Below, in pieces: positions 44,487 to 52,944 of a stretch of DNA of 64,000 nucleotides. A program made the translations under genes and the position numbers. The stretch is from Candidatus Bathyarchaeum tardum. GTDB taxonomy: Archaea > Thermoproteota > Bathyarchaeia > Bathyarchaeales > Bathyarchaeaceae. The notes beneath the pieces are model-generated. The model saw only the letters and a list, made by a program, of their open reading frames with translations. It was not told the origin of the DNA and did not search any database. Where the stretch lies: contig CP122380.1 in NCBI GenBank assembly GCA_024650005.2, forward strand, positions 896,001-960,000, in the 5' to 3' direction. How positions within the stretch are numbered: position 1 is the stretch's first letter; the number at the start of each line of letters is the position of its first letter.

Positions 44487-44972
44487 TTAATATTCTTCTG
44501 GAAGCATTGCTGAGTAGCGTCCGGTTTCGTTTTGGGATATGAAGATTTTTTGGTGTTCTCCGTTGGGTAACTCGATTTTTCCGCTGATGAAATAATCGTT
44601 TTTAGGTTTTCTTTTAAAGATTTGAGTTGCTTGGAAAATAAAATCTAAAATGTTGGGGAAATTAAGGGAGGGATTTAAGCAGTTTAGGGATTTTTCGACG
44701 TTTAGATAGACTGTGCAGGTTTGGCAACGGGGGGTTTTGCCTTGTTCGCCGTTTTTGACGCCGTGTTTGCAGCAGTTATTCCAGTAACCTTTGCTGAGCA
44801 ATCCAGCTGTGATGTATTTAAGAAAAAAATTTGAACTAAATTTAGCAGGTACAAGCTGGTCAAGGTCAAAAAGGATGCCGTCTTCGGCTGCTTGCTCGCT
44901 AGTGTAAGTGTAGATAACCTCGTTTTGTTCAAAAAAGCGTTTGGCTTTTTCGTCATTAGTTTTGTTGTTCAT
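44487..44972 (-). CDS. mobile-element protein (DUF6573-like)
   Basis: VIYTYTSEQAAEDGILFD start and MLPEEY end, typical of this plasmid/ICE family; extra CxxC insert. Confidence 0.65.
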   Translation of the reverse strand: MNNKTNDEKAKRFFEQNEVIYTYTSEQAAEDGILFDLDQLVPAKFSSNFFLKYITAGLLSKGYWNNCCKHGVKNGEQGKTPRCQTCTVYLNVEKSLNCLNPSLNFPNILDFIFQATQIFKRKPKNDYFISGKIELPNGEHQKIFISQNETGRYSAMLPEEY

Positions 44973-45457
44973 GTGTTATTGCCTTTGGGTGATTGGTTGG
45001 GTTGCTGCAACAAAAGTTTTGATTTCTGCAAGTAGTTGCTTGCCTGCGATAAGGTCAAGTTCTGGAGTTCGGAGATCTTGAACCATTTTGTTGAGAAGAT
45101 TTTGCCATTTGTAGTAGTCGTTGCTGTAGAAGGATTGTAGTTTGGCTGAAAATGCTGCTTTTTTAAGTTCAATTTTATCTTGTTCTCGCAGCTGAAGAAC
45201 GGGGCCATGTCCTAATCTTAGGGGTTTTTTTGGATTATTTCTTGGTTTTGAATCATTTCTTATCCATTACTGTATTGCTTTGCCCTATTTGATTTCTAGG
45301 TATGAACTGGGAGTATGATTTAATCGTTTAAAGAACTAAAAAGCGGTCTGAAGCATTGATTTTTTTACTTTTACTGTTCTCTGTCTGCCGGTTAGAGGTT
45401 TGTTTCAAGATTTACCTTATATTTTAATGAAATTGTTGATCTTCAAGGTGCGGGCTA

Positions 45458-45670
45458 ATGAAAATTCGTTGTCGAAAATCCAAGAAACAGTATTTGGGTA
45501 AAAAAAATGTTTACGAGTATAGGGCGCTTTCTATTGGGATTCCATCAAGATTTCATAAAGATGTTGAACCCTTCTTAGATACGAATCTAAAGATGCGCCT
45601 TAAATTAGAGAAAAATCGAATTGTTATTGTTTTGGAGCCCCGACAAAACGTTTCTACAAACAGAAAATAA
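45458..45670 (+). CDS. small basic AbrB-like DNA-binding protein
   Basis: LSIGIPSRF...IVIVLEP pattern. Confidence 0.55.
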   Translation: MKIRCRKSKKQYLGKKNVYEYRALSIGIPSRFHKDVEPFLDTNLKMRLKLEKNRIVIVLEPRQNVSTNRK

Positions 45671-45720
45671 CTCAAACTTATTAAGGTGCATAACATGTTC
45701 AATATTTTAGTGATGTTACG

Positions 45721-45939
45721 ATGGCTAAGTCTGCGTATCTTGATGAGAATGACCGAAAACTCATTTTAGAGACTAGGCAGAAACTTGATGAGGTCACAAA
45801 TCTGATGGATGAACTTCTGGAAACAGTCGAGATTTTAGGTGACCCAGAAATGATGAAGAACATCAATGAAGGCAAAGAAGACATCAAAGCCGGACGAGTA
45901 AAAGACCTGCAATCCCTCTTACAGGAAGAAGCCACTTGA
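45721..45939 (+). CDS. type II antitoxin (RelB/YefM-like C-terminus)
   Basis: LLETVEILGDPEMMKNINEGKEDIKAGRV; overlaps the RelE start. Confidence 0.8.
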   Translation: MAKSAYLDENDRKLILETRQKLDEVTNLMDELLETVEILGDPEMMKNINEGKEDIKAGRVKDLQSLLQEEAT

Positions 45940-46192
45940 CCTAACTGTTCTGCTGTCACGGCAAGCAGAAAATTTTTACAAGAAACTGAATACGCCACTG
46001 AAAGATAAAGTTAGAGAAGCGCTAATAGCTTTACAGACCCAGCCATGCCTTGGAAAGCCTCTGCATGGAGACTTGAAAGGAAACTACAGCATCAGAATTG
46101 GAAAAACAAGAATCATCTATTCTGTCTCAGAAAAGGATAAAACAATATACACAGTAGCGATAGGTTCAAGAAAAACGATTTACCAAAAATAA
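45936..46192 (+). pseudogene. relE: RelE/ParE toxin broken by a 1-nt deletion at codon 3
   Basis: TTG ACC TAA, then the shifted frame reads TVLLSRQAENFYKKL..GKPLHGDLKGNYSIRIGKTRIIY..IGSRKTIY*. Confidence 0.85.
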
Positions 46193-46200
46193 TTATACCT

Positions 46201-46357
46201 TAGGAAAAACGTTTCTGCAAACAGAAGATCCCTCGGTAAAAACATGTGAATTTTCAGGGTTTCTACTGCATTTTTAACATAAATTAGTCATTACTTTTCT
46301 TATATGGGTCGACAGAAACGTTTTCCTATAGGCTTTTCTGCAGACAGAAACGTTTTG
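46201..46357. repeat. cluster of AAAACGTTTCTG motifs (direct and inverted)
   Basis: 46206-46226 forward; 46311-46324 and 46343-46356 reverse; another forward copy at 45645-45665. Confidence 0.75.
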
Positions 46358-46396
46358 CAGGGGATTTTTGGTGCATAAAATTGTGTAAAAAAGTGA

Positions 46397-46822
46397 ATGC
46401 CTACTCTGCCTCATTTCTGGGGCACAGTTGGGCGAGACCTAGTGGCGAGAATCAAACATGAAACTGTTAAGCCTTCAGTCTTCAAAGGCAAAGAAGCTAA
46501 ACTAAACCGAGCCATATTTCAGGTTCTTGCCCAAAAAAGTCCCCAAACAGCTTGGGAACTTTTCAATCAATTAACAAAACAGAAACATCTTTTAGACCTC
46601 AAGTATTGGGTCTTAATTCGAAGAATAAAGAAACTTCAAGAATCAGACTTTTTAATGAAAGTTGGCGAAACAAAAACAATGCCCGGCACAGAAACTGGAC
46701 AATATCAACTAACTCCCAGAGCTGAACTCGCCATAGTTTTAGACCAAGTAAATCTGGACAAATTTCTCTTAAAAGCTGATTATCATCAAATCCTTACTGC
46801 TCTTGAAGCATTTCGGAATTAA
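46397..46822 (+). CDS. winged-helix regulator
   Basis: LIRRIKKLQESDFL..YQLTPR wing; start may be the GTG at 46442. Confidence 0.75.
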   Translation: MPTLPHFWGTVGRDLVARIKHETVKPSVFKGKEAKLNRAIFQVLAQKSPQTAWELFNQLTKQKHLLDLKYWVLIRRIKKLQESDFLMKVGETKTMPGTETGQYQLTPRAELAIVLDQVNLDKFLLKADYHQILTALEAFRN

Positions 46823-46851
46823 ATCAATAACCTCTAAAACTTTTCTTGTAA

Positions 46852-46896
46852 TAGTCACTTTGTACGCCTCAGCAAAGTGAGTAGTCACTTTGTACG
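46852..46896. promoter_or_regulatory. operator-like direct repeat upstream of the integrase operon
   Basis: TAGTCACTTTGTACG at 46852 and 46882, with inverted CAAAGTGA between them. Confidence 0.7.
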
Positions 46897-46948
46897 TGCC
46901 AGAAAGCCCTTAACCTTTTGAAGTTGCATAGTTTAAAGGTGAAATTAT

Positions 46949-47191
46949 TTGGTTAATTTGGTTGAAGATTGGGAATCAATAGAAGAGTATGCTGGTGACA
47001 AGCAGGGCTTCTATCAGATCCTTCAGGGTGGAATAGGCGTAGAAATACGTGTAACTGTAGGCAAACTGGGATACAAGCAAAGTTTTGACAATTCCAAAGA
47101 TCCGCTCCTTGAACGGATAATAAAATTCTGTGGATTCCAGAGCTACGTCAAAATAAGCGAAAGCATCAGAGACGAACAATTCTTCAAGTGA
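46949..47191 (+). CDS. small hypothetical protein in the integrase operon
   Basis: GGTGA SD; close spacing with downstream genes. Confidence 0.7.
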   Translation: MVNLVEDWESIEEYAGDKQGFYQILQGGIGVEIRVTVGKLGYKQSFDNSKDPLLERIIKFCGFQSYVKISESIRDEQFFK

Positions 47192-47197
47192 AAAGCA

Positions 47198-47548
47198 ATG
47201 GCTAAAGCCATCCCCTTAGGTTCCGTGGTTTATGTTCGCTATCTGGACCATGTTCTTTTCAAGAATGTTCCAAATCCAATAGAGGAACCTGCAGAACGTG
47301 AAACTATAGGATGGCTTACCAAAGACGAAAAGGAAATTGTCTGTATAGAAAACGACAGAACCTTAGATAAGCTACCATATTCGAGCGGATCAGGCAGTGG
47401 TTTAGTCTTACTTAAAAGCTGCATCATAGAAATACGTTTGACACCGATACAAAATGTTTCAGGCTGGACTTTAATTCCTAGGAACACTAACTTTAGAAAT
47501 GCTGAATCTGCGCTTCAGACAAACAAGCGAAAAATTCAGCCGAAGTAA
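47198..47548 (+). CDS. small beta-rich hypothetical protein
   Basis: VYVRYLDH...ETIGWL; operon context. Confidence 0.65.
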   Translation: MAKAIPLGSVVYVRYLDHVLFKNVPNPIEEPAERETIGWLTKDEKEIVCIENDRTLDKLPYSSGSGSGLVLLKSCIIEIRLTPIQNVSGWTLIPRNTNFRNAESALQTNKRKIQPK

Positions 47549-47566
47549 AACAAGGAAGGAAAAAAC

Positions 47567-49066
47567 ATGGAGACGCTGAAACCGACCTCTCACACACCAC
47601 GTACCCGACTTGAATTGATCCAAGACAGAGCCATCCCCTCTGATCCATTAAAACCAAATCAGCTCATAATCAAGCCAAAACAGTTGACTAGAACGGACAT
47701 TGAAAAACTTCAATTCGGTAGGATTCAAGACGACAATTTAGTTTTGGAAAGAAGCACAAGAGGTTTCAAACTAAAGACCGAAGTAAAGATACCCCTAAAA
47801 GACGTCTATGAAGTATCATCAATCGGACTGGTCAAATACGTAATAGCTAGCCTATCAAAAGGAAGACCCAAATTGGCTCCTTTTGTGTTTGAGAATAAGA
47901 GCCTACTAAAACTTGCCAACTACCTTCTACGATACCGAACAGGTAGCCTAGCAACATTATACCTATACGTTGACTGTATATGGCACTATACTCAAAGAAC
48001 AGGATTAAGCCCTGACCAATTAATTTTAGATGTCAAAGATGAATATGAACTGCCAAAACACTACAGAATCCCATACCACATCAAAGCCTTGGAAGACTAC
48101 ACCAGCGAACTTCAAGACAGAGGACTGGCACCGTCAAGAATATCCAATTACATCAAAGCCATACGAGCCTTATACCGAGTAAACAGCATAGATATCAAAC
48201 TGCCCCAATCCCTAAGCCGAAGACCAGTCACAAGAGATAGAGCACCAAAACCAGAAGAACTCAGCCAGATTATGGACCTCGCAGACCTAAGAGAAAGAGT
48301 TATAGTCAGCATGCTCGCCCTAGGCGGATTTCGCCAAGGAACCTTAGTGAAACTCAAATATAGACATGTGGAAGAAGAACTCGAAAAAGGAATAACACCC
48401 CTACATATACATGTGGAAGCAGCGATTACAAAAGGAAAATACCACGACTATGACACCTTCATAGGAAAAGAAGCTGTAACATATCTCCGGGAATACCTAG
48501 AAACACGCCGACTAGGAAGCCCAGATGGCAAAATCCCACCAGAAACCATCACTAGCGACTCTCCTCTGATCCGAAGCAAAACTACCCGAGCAGTTATACC
48601 AATTGTACAAAAAACAGTCTACCATTCGGTCCACAACCTATACTTCAAAGCTAGATTACTGAAGAAAAGTTCTGGCAGCTCTTACACCCTTAGAGTCCAT
48701 AGTATAAGAAAATTCTTCAAAACCCAACTCCTAGCTCTTGGCGTCCAAGCAGACTACGTTGACTACATGATGGGACATACAATTGACGTGTACCATGACA
48801 TCCAAATGAAGGGAATAGATTACCTACGTAACATCTACAGTTCTTCCGGATTATCAATAAGACCCAAAACCTCAACATCAAAAATGGACGCCTTAAAAGA
48901 GATCATCAGAGCATGGGGACTCAATCCCGAAGAAATTCTAACAAGAGAAGCAATGTCTAAACCTCACCGAACTGTCATTTCTCCACCAGAATATGAAAAC
49001 ATGGAACTCAAAATTCTCTGCAATGCCCTAAAAGAAGCAATGATAAAAGGAACTGCAACCCAATGA
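47567..49066 (+). CDS. tyrosine recombinase/integrase
   Basis: Catalytic R (GGFRQG), K (TKGK), HSIR, MGH, Y (VYHD); ends 30 bp from the distal att. Confidence 0.95.
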   Translation: METLKPTSHTPRTRLELIQDRAIPSDPLKPNQLIIKPKQLTRTDIEKLQFGRIQDDNLVLERSTRGFKLKTEVKIPLKDVYEVSSIGLVKYVIASLSKGRPKLAPFVFENKSLLKLANYLLRYRTGSLATLYLYVDCIWHYTQRTGLSPDQLILDVKDEYELPKHYRIPYHIKALEDYTSELQDRGLAPSRISNYIKAIRALYRVNSIDIKLPQSLSRRPVTRDRAPKPEELSQIMDLADLRERVIVSMLALGGFRQGTLVKLKYRHVEEELEKGITPLHIHVEAAITKGKYHDYDTFIGKEAVTYLREYLETRRLGSPDGKIPPETITSDSPLIRSKTTRAVIPIVQKTVYHSVHNLYFKARLLKKSSGSSYTLRVHSIRKFFKTQLLALGVQADYVDYMMGHTIDVYHDIQMKGIDYLRNIYSSSGLSIRPKTSTSKMDALKEIIRAWGLNPEEILTREAMSKPHRTVISPPEYENMELKILCNALKEAMIKGTATQ

Positions 49067-49096
49067 ACAATAAAATTCCCATCCAGCACCTCTTAA

Positions 49097-49114
49097 CCCG
49101 GCGACCGCACCACT
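49097..49114 (+). repeat. att site (tRNA-distal)
   Basis: CCCGGCGACCGCACCACT, 17/18 match to the tRNA 3' end. Confidence 0.9.
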
Positions 49115-49433
49115 AACCGCAAATACATGCGATTATGTAACTTTGTTTTTCTCTTTTTTGTTTAGTTAATCTTCAGGGTGTTGAATTTTTGAACTGTGTC
49201 TATGTAATTTCTCATAAACAGAACAATTAAATATATCTAAATTTATTTATTTAATACTGGTGTTAGAACAAAAATGGGTGTGGCATTGTGAATAACAAAC
49301 TCGATTTTAAAACTAACAAATTCACCAATATTTTTTTGATGGATAATCTGCTGAGTGGTCTTGTACCGATTGTATGTGACAAAGAAGTTAGGATGAAAAA
49401 ATTTAGATTAATGCAATAAAGGGGCAATAAAAG

Positions 49434-49694
49434 TTGACAATTGAGAAGATTGAATTAAAAACCGAAAAAATAGACAATGCTGGTTGCCGTTCATGTGGAA
49501 CTGATTATGCGGCAGATAACTTAAAACACGCTCTTGCCCGGTTAAATGGCGTGTCAAAGGTGAATGTGGACAAAATAACTGGACATGTCAGCATAACTTT
49601 TGATGTGCAGAAAATTACTCCGCAAAAATTCACAGAACGTATTGAAAAACTCGGTTACCATGTTGAAGTTGAATCAAGGGAGGAAATCCAATGA
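49434..49694 (+). CDS. heavy-metal-associated (CopZ-like) chaperone
   Basis: GCRSC motif, LNGV..V.V, IEKLGY; overlaps the ATPase start. Confidence 0.85.
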   Translation: MTIEKIELKTEKIDNAGCRSCGTDYAADNLKHALARLNGVSKVNVDKITGHVSITFDVQKITPQKFTERIEKLGYHVEVESREEIQ

Positions 49695-51604
49695 GAGATT
49701 ACATCAAAGGTACAATTATTGTCATTTTGATAGCTGCGTTCGCTTTAGCAAGCGGTCTTGTAACAGGAATTCAAAAATCTTACGTCCAAGAAATCAGCAC
49801 TGTTTTGGCTTTAATTGCTGTTGCTTTAGGTTATCAAATATATGTACATGGTATCCGATCATTAAAGCATGGCAATGTCACTGCCCAATTATTTGCTACT
49901 ATAGCCATCTTTATTGCCGTAATAGCAGGTCTAGTTATACCTAGTGCTGAGGTCGAAACTGGCACCGCAGAAGCAGTTGGTTACATCCCCGCAGCAGCAA
50001 TCGTAGCCTTCATAATACAAGCCGGCATGACCCTTGAAAACTACATTATCCATCGAACAAGAGGCGCACTTGAATTGCTCATTAAGATGAGCCCTAAAAC
50101 AGCTCGAATACGTCGCGATGGAAAAGAAGTTGAAGTACCCATAGAAGAAGTCATGTTAGGCGAAACCGTTTTAGTCAAACCAGGAGATAAAATACCTGTT
50201 GACGGAACCGTTCTTTCGGGCTATAGCACAGTTAATCAAGCAACAATAACTGGTGAATCGATTCCTGTTGAAAAGACTAAAGGTGATAAAACATTTGCTG
50301 GCACCATGAACGAAAATGGGGCTTTAGAAGTCAAAGTTGAAAAAATCGCTGAAGATACAACATTGGCTCACATTATCCAATTAGTTGAAGAAGCCCAGGA
50401 GAAAAAAGCACCCATTCAAAATGTTGCAGATCGTTTCACTGCTTACTTCTTACCAATCATGGCTGTAGTGGCCTCTTCTGTGTTTGTGGCTAGTTATTTT
50501 ACATTGGGCTTTGAAATTGCACTTGGTAGAACTGTAACTGTTCTATTAGTGGCATGTCCTTGTGCTTTGGCAATAGCTGTTCCTGTTGCTGTTGCTGGAA
50601 CTATTGGGAATGCCAGCATGAATGGCATAATAATCAAAGGGGGCACACATATTGAAAAGTTAAAAGACGTTAATTTAGTGGCATTCGACAAAACTGGCAC
50701 GTTAACCGTTGGTGAACCCCGAGTCGTCGAGATCAAAACATTCAATAATTATTCTGAAACGGAAGTGATCAAGTATGCAGCGATTGCTGAGAAATTTTCA
50801 GAACACCCTTTATCAAAGGCCATAATATCTAAAGCAACTGAGATGAAAATTAAAATTCTTGACCCCACCGATTTCGAAACTATCCCCGGGCAGGGGGTGC
50901 ATGCCCATTATGGAAATAAGCACATCCTAATTGGAAGAAAGATGATCGTGACCGAGCTTTCAGAAGAAGCCAATCAATTGATGTGTCACGTTGAAAGCGA
51001 GGGAAAAACTGCTATTCCAGTTGCCTTGGACAAAGAGGTCATTGGTGTCGTTGTGGTTGCTGACACTATCCGAGAGAATTCTTTGGAAGCGATAAAGCGG
51101 CTTAAGGGCATAAAGGTGAAAACTGTCATGCTTACTGGCGATAACATGCTTACTGCTAAAGCTATTACTAAACAAATGGGTATCGATGAATTTCGTGCTG
51201 AACTTTTGCCTGAAGATAAAGCTGCAATTATTGGAGAACTAAAAAAGAGCAATGTTGTTGCAATGGTAGGCGATGGAATTAATGATGCTCCTGCGTTGGC
51301 TAATGCGGATGTTGGGTTTGCGATGGGTGCTGCTGGAAGCGATGTAGCGGTTGAAACTGCTGATGTTGCTTTGCTTGGAGATGACTTGACAAAGGTTGAA
51401 TATGCAATTAGCTTAAGTCGGAAAGCATTTGCCCGAATGAAGGGAAACATTGTTTACGCCTTTATCTGGAACATTGTAGCATTAAGTTTAGCTTCCTTTG
51501 GGGTTTTAAATCCAGTCCTTGCAGTAATTCTAGCAGAAGCTGGTTGCATATCTGTGGTAATCAATTCCGCTTTGCTATTACTAGTTAAGCCAAAACCCAG
51601 CTAA
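49691..51604 (+). CDS. P1B-type heavy-metal-translocating ATPase
   Basis: TGES, CPC, DKTGTLT, SEHP, TGD, GDGINDAP. Confidence 0.95.
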   Translation: MRDYIKGTIIVILIAAFALASGLVTGIQKSYVQEISTVLALIAVALGYQIYVHGIRSLKHGNVTAQLFATIAIFIAVIAGLVIPSAEVETGTAEAVGYIPAAAIVAFIIQAGMTLENYIIHRTRGALELLIKMSPKTARIRRDGKEVEVPIEEVMLGETVLVKPGDKIPVDGTVLSGYSTVNQATITGESIPVEKTKGDKTFAGTMNENGALEVKVEKIAEDTTLAHIIQLVEEAQEKKAPIQNVADRFTAYFLPIMAVVASSVFVASYFTLGFEIALGRTVTVLLVACPCALAIAVPVAVAGTIGNASMNGIIIKGGTHIEKLKDVNLVAFDKTGTLTVGEPRVVEIKTFNNYSETEVIKYAAIAEKFSEHPLSKAIISKATEMKIKILDPTDFETIPGQGVHAHYGNKHILIGRKMIVTELSEEANQLMCHVESEGKTAIPVALDKEVIGVVVVADTIRENSLEAIKRLKGIKVKTVMLTGDNMLTAKAITKQMGIDEFRAELLPEDKAAIIGELKKSNVVAMVGDGINDAPALANADVGFAMGAAGSDVAVETADVALLGDDLTKVEYAISLSRKAFARMKGNIVYAFIWNIVALSLASFGVLNPVLAVILAEAGCISVVINSALLLLVKPKPS

Positions 51605-51998
51605 AAATAAGTTCTATGCATTAACATTGATAGATATAGAAAATGATGAGGATGTTTTAGCTTTTAAAGCAAACACGAATGAGAAATCTTTGTGTCAAAT
51701 AAAACCAATAAAGAAAAGCATCTTCAATGTGATTTTATTCATGGGTCATTCGAGTCTGCCGAAAAAGCAAAAAAATACATCCAAGCGATGGATGGAGTGG
51801 CTTGAAGGACCTGTTAATACCTTTGAAAAACATCGCTAAAACTTTTTTTCATTTTGACTTATGGAAAACGGGTTAATTCTTGCTTTGGTTAAAGTGTTGT
51901 TTGTTTTAATCTATTTTGGAGCACGATACAAAGGTTTCTAAGAAACAATAGACTCTTCGTAGGGCTGTTCGATGACAAATACCTTACAGGTATTTGTT

Positions 51999-52454
51999 TT
52001 AGGTGTAGCCTGCGCCTTCGAGAGTGTTTGTTAAGTAGTGGTATTCTTGCATTTGGATTTTGTGAGCTTCTTTCAGGATTGGGCTGACTACTTTAAGGAC
52101 TGTTTTTCCACGTTGGGTTACTAGATAATATATTTGATCGTCATCGAATTGTTCTTCTTCGATGAGACCTCTATCCCATAGTAGTCTTAGATGGGCGGTT
52201 AAACGTGCTTGATCTATTTCCATTTGGTCTTGTAGTTGGGACAATTTCATTGGACCTTTAGAAACTAAATTGCAAAGAATTTCGATACACATTACCAATT
52301 TTGATTTCTTTGTTCTTCCAAAATCTTCTTGAATCATGGGTTGTTTTGGTTCTTCAACTGTTGATGTTTTTCTTGCAAGCAAAGATTTGACTTTTTCTAC
52401 GTTTTCTTTGTTGGTTAGTAGCGATTTTGCCTTTTCTATTGCCTCGTGTGCCAT
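51999..52454 (-). CDS. winged-helix regulator
   Basis: IEILCNL..GPMKLSQL..HLRLLWDRGLI..YLVTQRG. Confidence 0.8.
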   Translation of the reverse strand: MAHEAIEKAKSLLTNKENVEKVKSLLARKTSTVEEPKQPMIQEDFGRTKKSKLVMCIEILCNLVSKGPMKLSQLQDQMEIDQARLTAHLRLLWDRGLIEEEQFDDDQIYYLVTQRGKTVLKVVSPILKEAHKIQMQEYHYLTNTLEGAGYT

Positions 52455-52653
52455 TAGTTATCCCAAGTTTGTAGTTGGTTGAATTTTTGATATATGTCTT
52501 GTGAACTACAAAACTACATTTACACTCTCAAAATGGATCGTGTTTTGTAGGTTTTTGTTGTTGTTTTGAGTTGTATTTGGGTTCTACATTTCGACAAAAA
52601 ACATTATATGTATTGTATCGTAAGTATTGATTAGTAATACATATTGGAGGTGA

Positions 52654-52869
52654 TTGAATAAGATGGAAAGAACAGCAATAAACGACATAGCAATAAAAAT
52701 CCCCGTGGATTTAATGAAAGAGTTCAAAAAAGACATCCGCGTCGTAGTCCGATGGCCTTGGCTGATCGGAATTCCTATCCCAGAAGCGCTACTTAGACCT
52801 GAACTGATAAAACAGTTCAGTGAAGAATACGACGTAATGCTTGTACCCAAAGACATAAAACAGTTCTAA
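52654..52869 (+). CDS. small protein, candidate RiPP precursor
   Basis: GGAGGTGA SD; 68-71 aa with RVVVRWPWLIGIPIP core; directly upstream of a radical SAM gene. Confidence 0.7.
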   Translation: MNKMERTAINDIAIKIPVDLMKEFKKDIRVVVRWPWLIGIPIPEALLRPELIKQFSEEYDVMLVPKDIKQF

Positions 52870-52944
52870 TTTCATGTTCACAATTCTGTTATCTCTTTCC
52901 TCTCCATCTTTTTTCAAAACATCCAATTTTTAGGTGAACTAAAA

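Larger units (their letters stand above)
27977..49114. mobile_element. tRNA-Gly-integrated element (~21 kb), probably a decayed provirus with cargo
   Basis: 18-bp direct repeat CCCGGCG(G/A)CCGCACCACT at 27977-27994 and 49097-49114; tyrosine integrase next to the distal copy; terminase fragment and TA modules inside. Confidence 0.9.

Noticed and set aside
47567-49066. SSV-type integrase split by integration
   Set aside because: The gene is intact and the att lies outside it
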